From Chiloscyllium plagiosum (Eukaryota), in NCBI RefSeq assembly GCF_004010195.1, contig NC_057718.1:19154686-19216837 (forward strand): a stretch of DNA of 62,152 bases, read 5' to 3'. Positions within the stretch are counted from its first letter, which is position 1. Each line of letters begins with the position of its first letter. The notes under the pieces are model-generated. The model was not told the DNA's origin and searched no databases. It saw only the letters and a list, made by a program, of their open reading frames with translations. Shown piece after piece: positions 60,696 to 62,152 of the stretch. The position numbers and the translations under genes are program-made.

Positions 60696-62110
60696 AATTA
60701 TTGACCATCCTTAGCTGCCTTTGAGAAGGTGATAGAGTCAAAAGGTGTGGTGCTGGAAAAGCACAGCAGGTCAGGCAGCATCCAAGGAGCAGGAGAGTCG
60801 ACGTTTCAAGCATAAGCCCCTCATTGGGAATGTAGAAATAGCTAAATAGAAGGGCTTGTGGCCGAAACATCGTACTTCCTGCTGTTTGGATGCTGCCTGA
60901 CCTGCTGTGCTTTTTCCAGCACCACACTTTTGACTCTTTCTCTCCAGCACCTGCAGTCCTCACTTTCTCCTCCTTGTGAAGGTGATGATGAGCAGTCTTA
61001 TTGAACTGCTGCAGTCCATGTGCTGTGGATTGACCCACAATGCAATTCAGGAGGGAGTTCCAATTGTGAACTCGAGACAGTGAAGGGATGGCGATATATT
61101 TTCAAGTCATGATAATGCGTGACTTGGAAGGGAACTTCCAGGTTGTGGTGTTGCCATATATCTGCTGACCTTGTCCTTTTAGGTGGTAGTGGCTGTGAGT
61201 TTGGATGGTGCTGTTTAAGGAGCCGTGGAGAATTTCTGCAGTGTACCTTTGAGACACTGCTGCTACTGACCAAGAGTAATGGAGGCAATGAATGTTTGTG
61301 AATGTGATGCGCATCAAGCAGGCAGCTTTAATCTTGATGGTGTCAAGTTTCCAGCGTTGTTGGAGCTGCACCCCTCTATTTATTTCTCAGCCCCCTTCCC
61401 CCTCCACGTTCCTGATGAAGGGCTTATGCCTAACTTGTCGACTCTAGTGCTCTTCAGATGCTGCCTGACGTTTTCCAGAGCCAACGCTTTTTGACTCCAG
61501 CATCTGCAGTCCTCACTTTCTCCTCCTTGTGAAGGTGATGATGAGCTGTCTTATTGAAGTGCTGCAGTCCACGTGCTGTGGATTGACCACAATGCACTTC
61601 AGGAGGGAGTTCTAACTGTGAACTCGAGACAGTGAAGGGATGGCGATTTATTTCCAGGTCAGGATAATGCGTGACTTGGAAGGGAACTTACATTTGATGC
61701 CCATTAAGCAGGCTGCTTTGTTCTTAATGGTGTCAAGTTTCCAGTGTTGTTGGAATTGCACCCATCCAGGTAAGTGGGGGGTATTCCATCGCAATCCTGA
61801 CTTGTGCCTTGACAATTGTGGACAGATCTTGAGGATTCTGAAGGTGAGTTATTTGCTGCATGACGCCAGCCTGTGACCTGTACTTGTGTTTGTATGACCA
61901 GCCCAGCTGAGTTTCTGATCAATGATAAACTCCAGGATGTCGATAGTGGGAGATTCAGTGATGATAGAACCATTGAATTACTTGACCGTTGTGTGGCACA
62001 TTTCTTGGCACGACTCAGTTCAACCCTGGGATATTGTCCATGTCTTGCTGCATTTGGACAAGGACTGCTTCAGTATTTGAGGAGTTGCAAATATGTAATC
62101 CATCAGCAAA
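60695..62110 (-). mobile_element. Second-family CR1-clade LINE 3' end, carrying two PLE family A inserts (60734-60971, 61370-61524) and an internal duplication
   Basis: Reverse complement of the 46840-47530-type sequence; both PLE inserts end gcagtcctcactttctcct. Confidence 0.8.
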
Positions 62111-62152
62111 CACTGAAATCAGCCCCTCCCCCCCCCCCCCCCACTGAATCAG

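Overview
Eukaryotic (vertebrate) genomic DNA, almost certainly from a shark or ray. It carries HE1-type V-SINEs, HER1/CR1 LINEs and Deu-domain SINEs, all of which are described from elasmobranchs. It is AT-rich, has four assembly gaps and is dominated by nested, decayed retroelements: CR1 LINEs, L2 remnants, SINEs, a Gmr1-type Gypsy LTR remnant (INT-RT-RH order) and solo LTRs. I recognise no complete protein-coding gene; most listed ORFs are by-products of repeats or gaps. Two things stand out. (1) About 20 short Penelope-like (PLE) pLTR-derived insertions in at least four families. Many are long hairpins bounded by 9-15 bp target-site duplications, and many carry minimal type I hammerhead ribozyme cores (CUGANGA-stem II-GAAA-NUH). 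One copy is still joined to a GIY-YIG endonuclease remnant. (2) The non-repetitive islands hold a series of near-consensus minus-strand splice donors, several preceded by a short ATG-started ORF ending in phase 1. This suggests the 5' region of an unidentified minus-strand gene with several alternative first exons. All calls are by eye; repeat boundaries are approximate and no database search was run.
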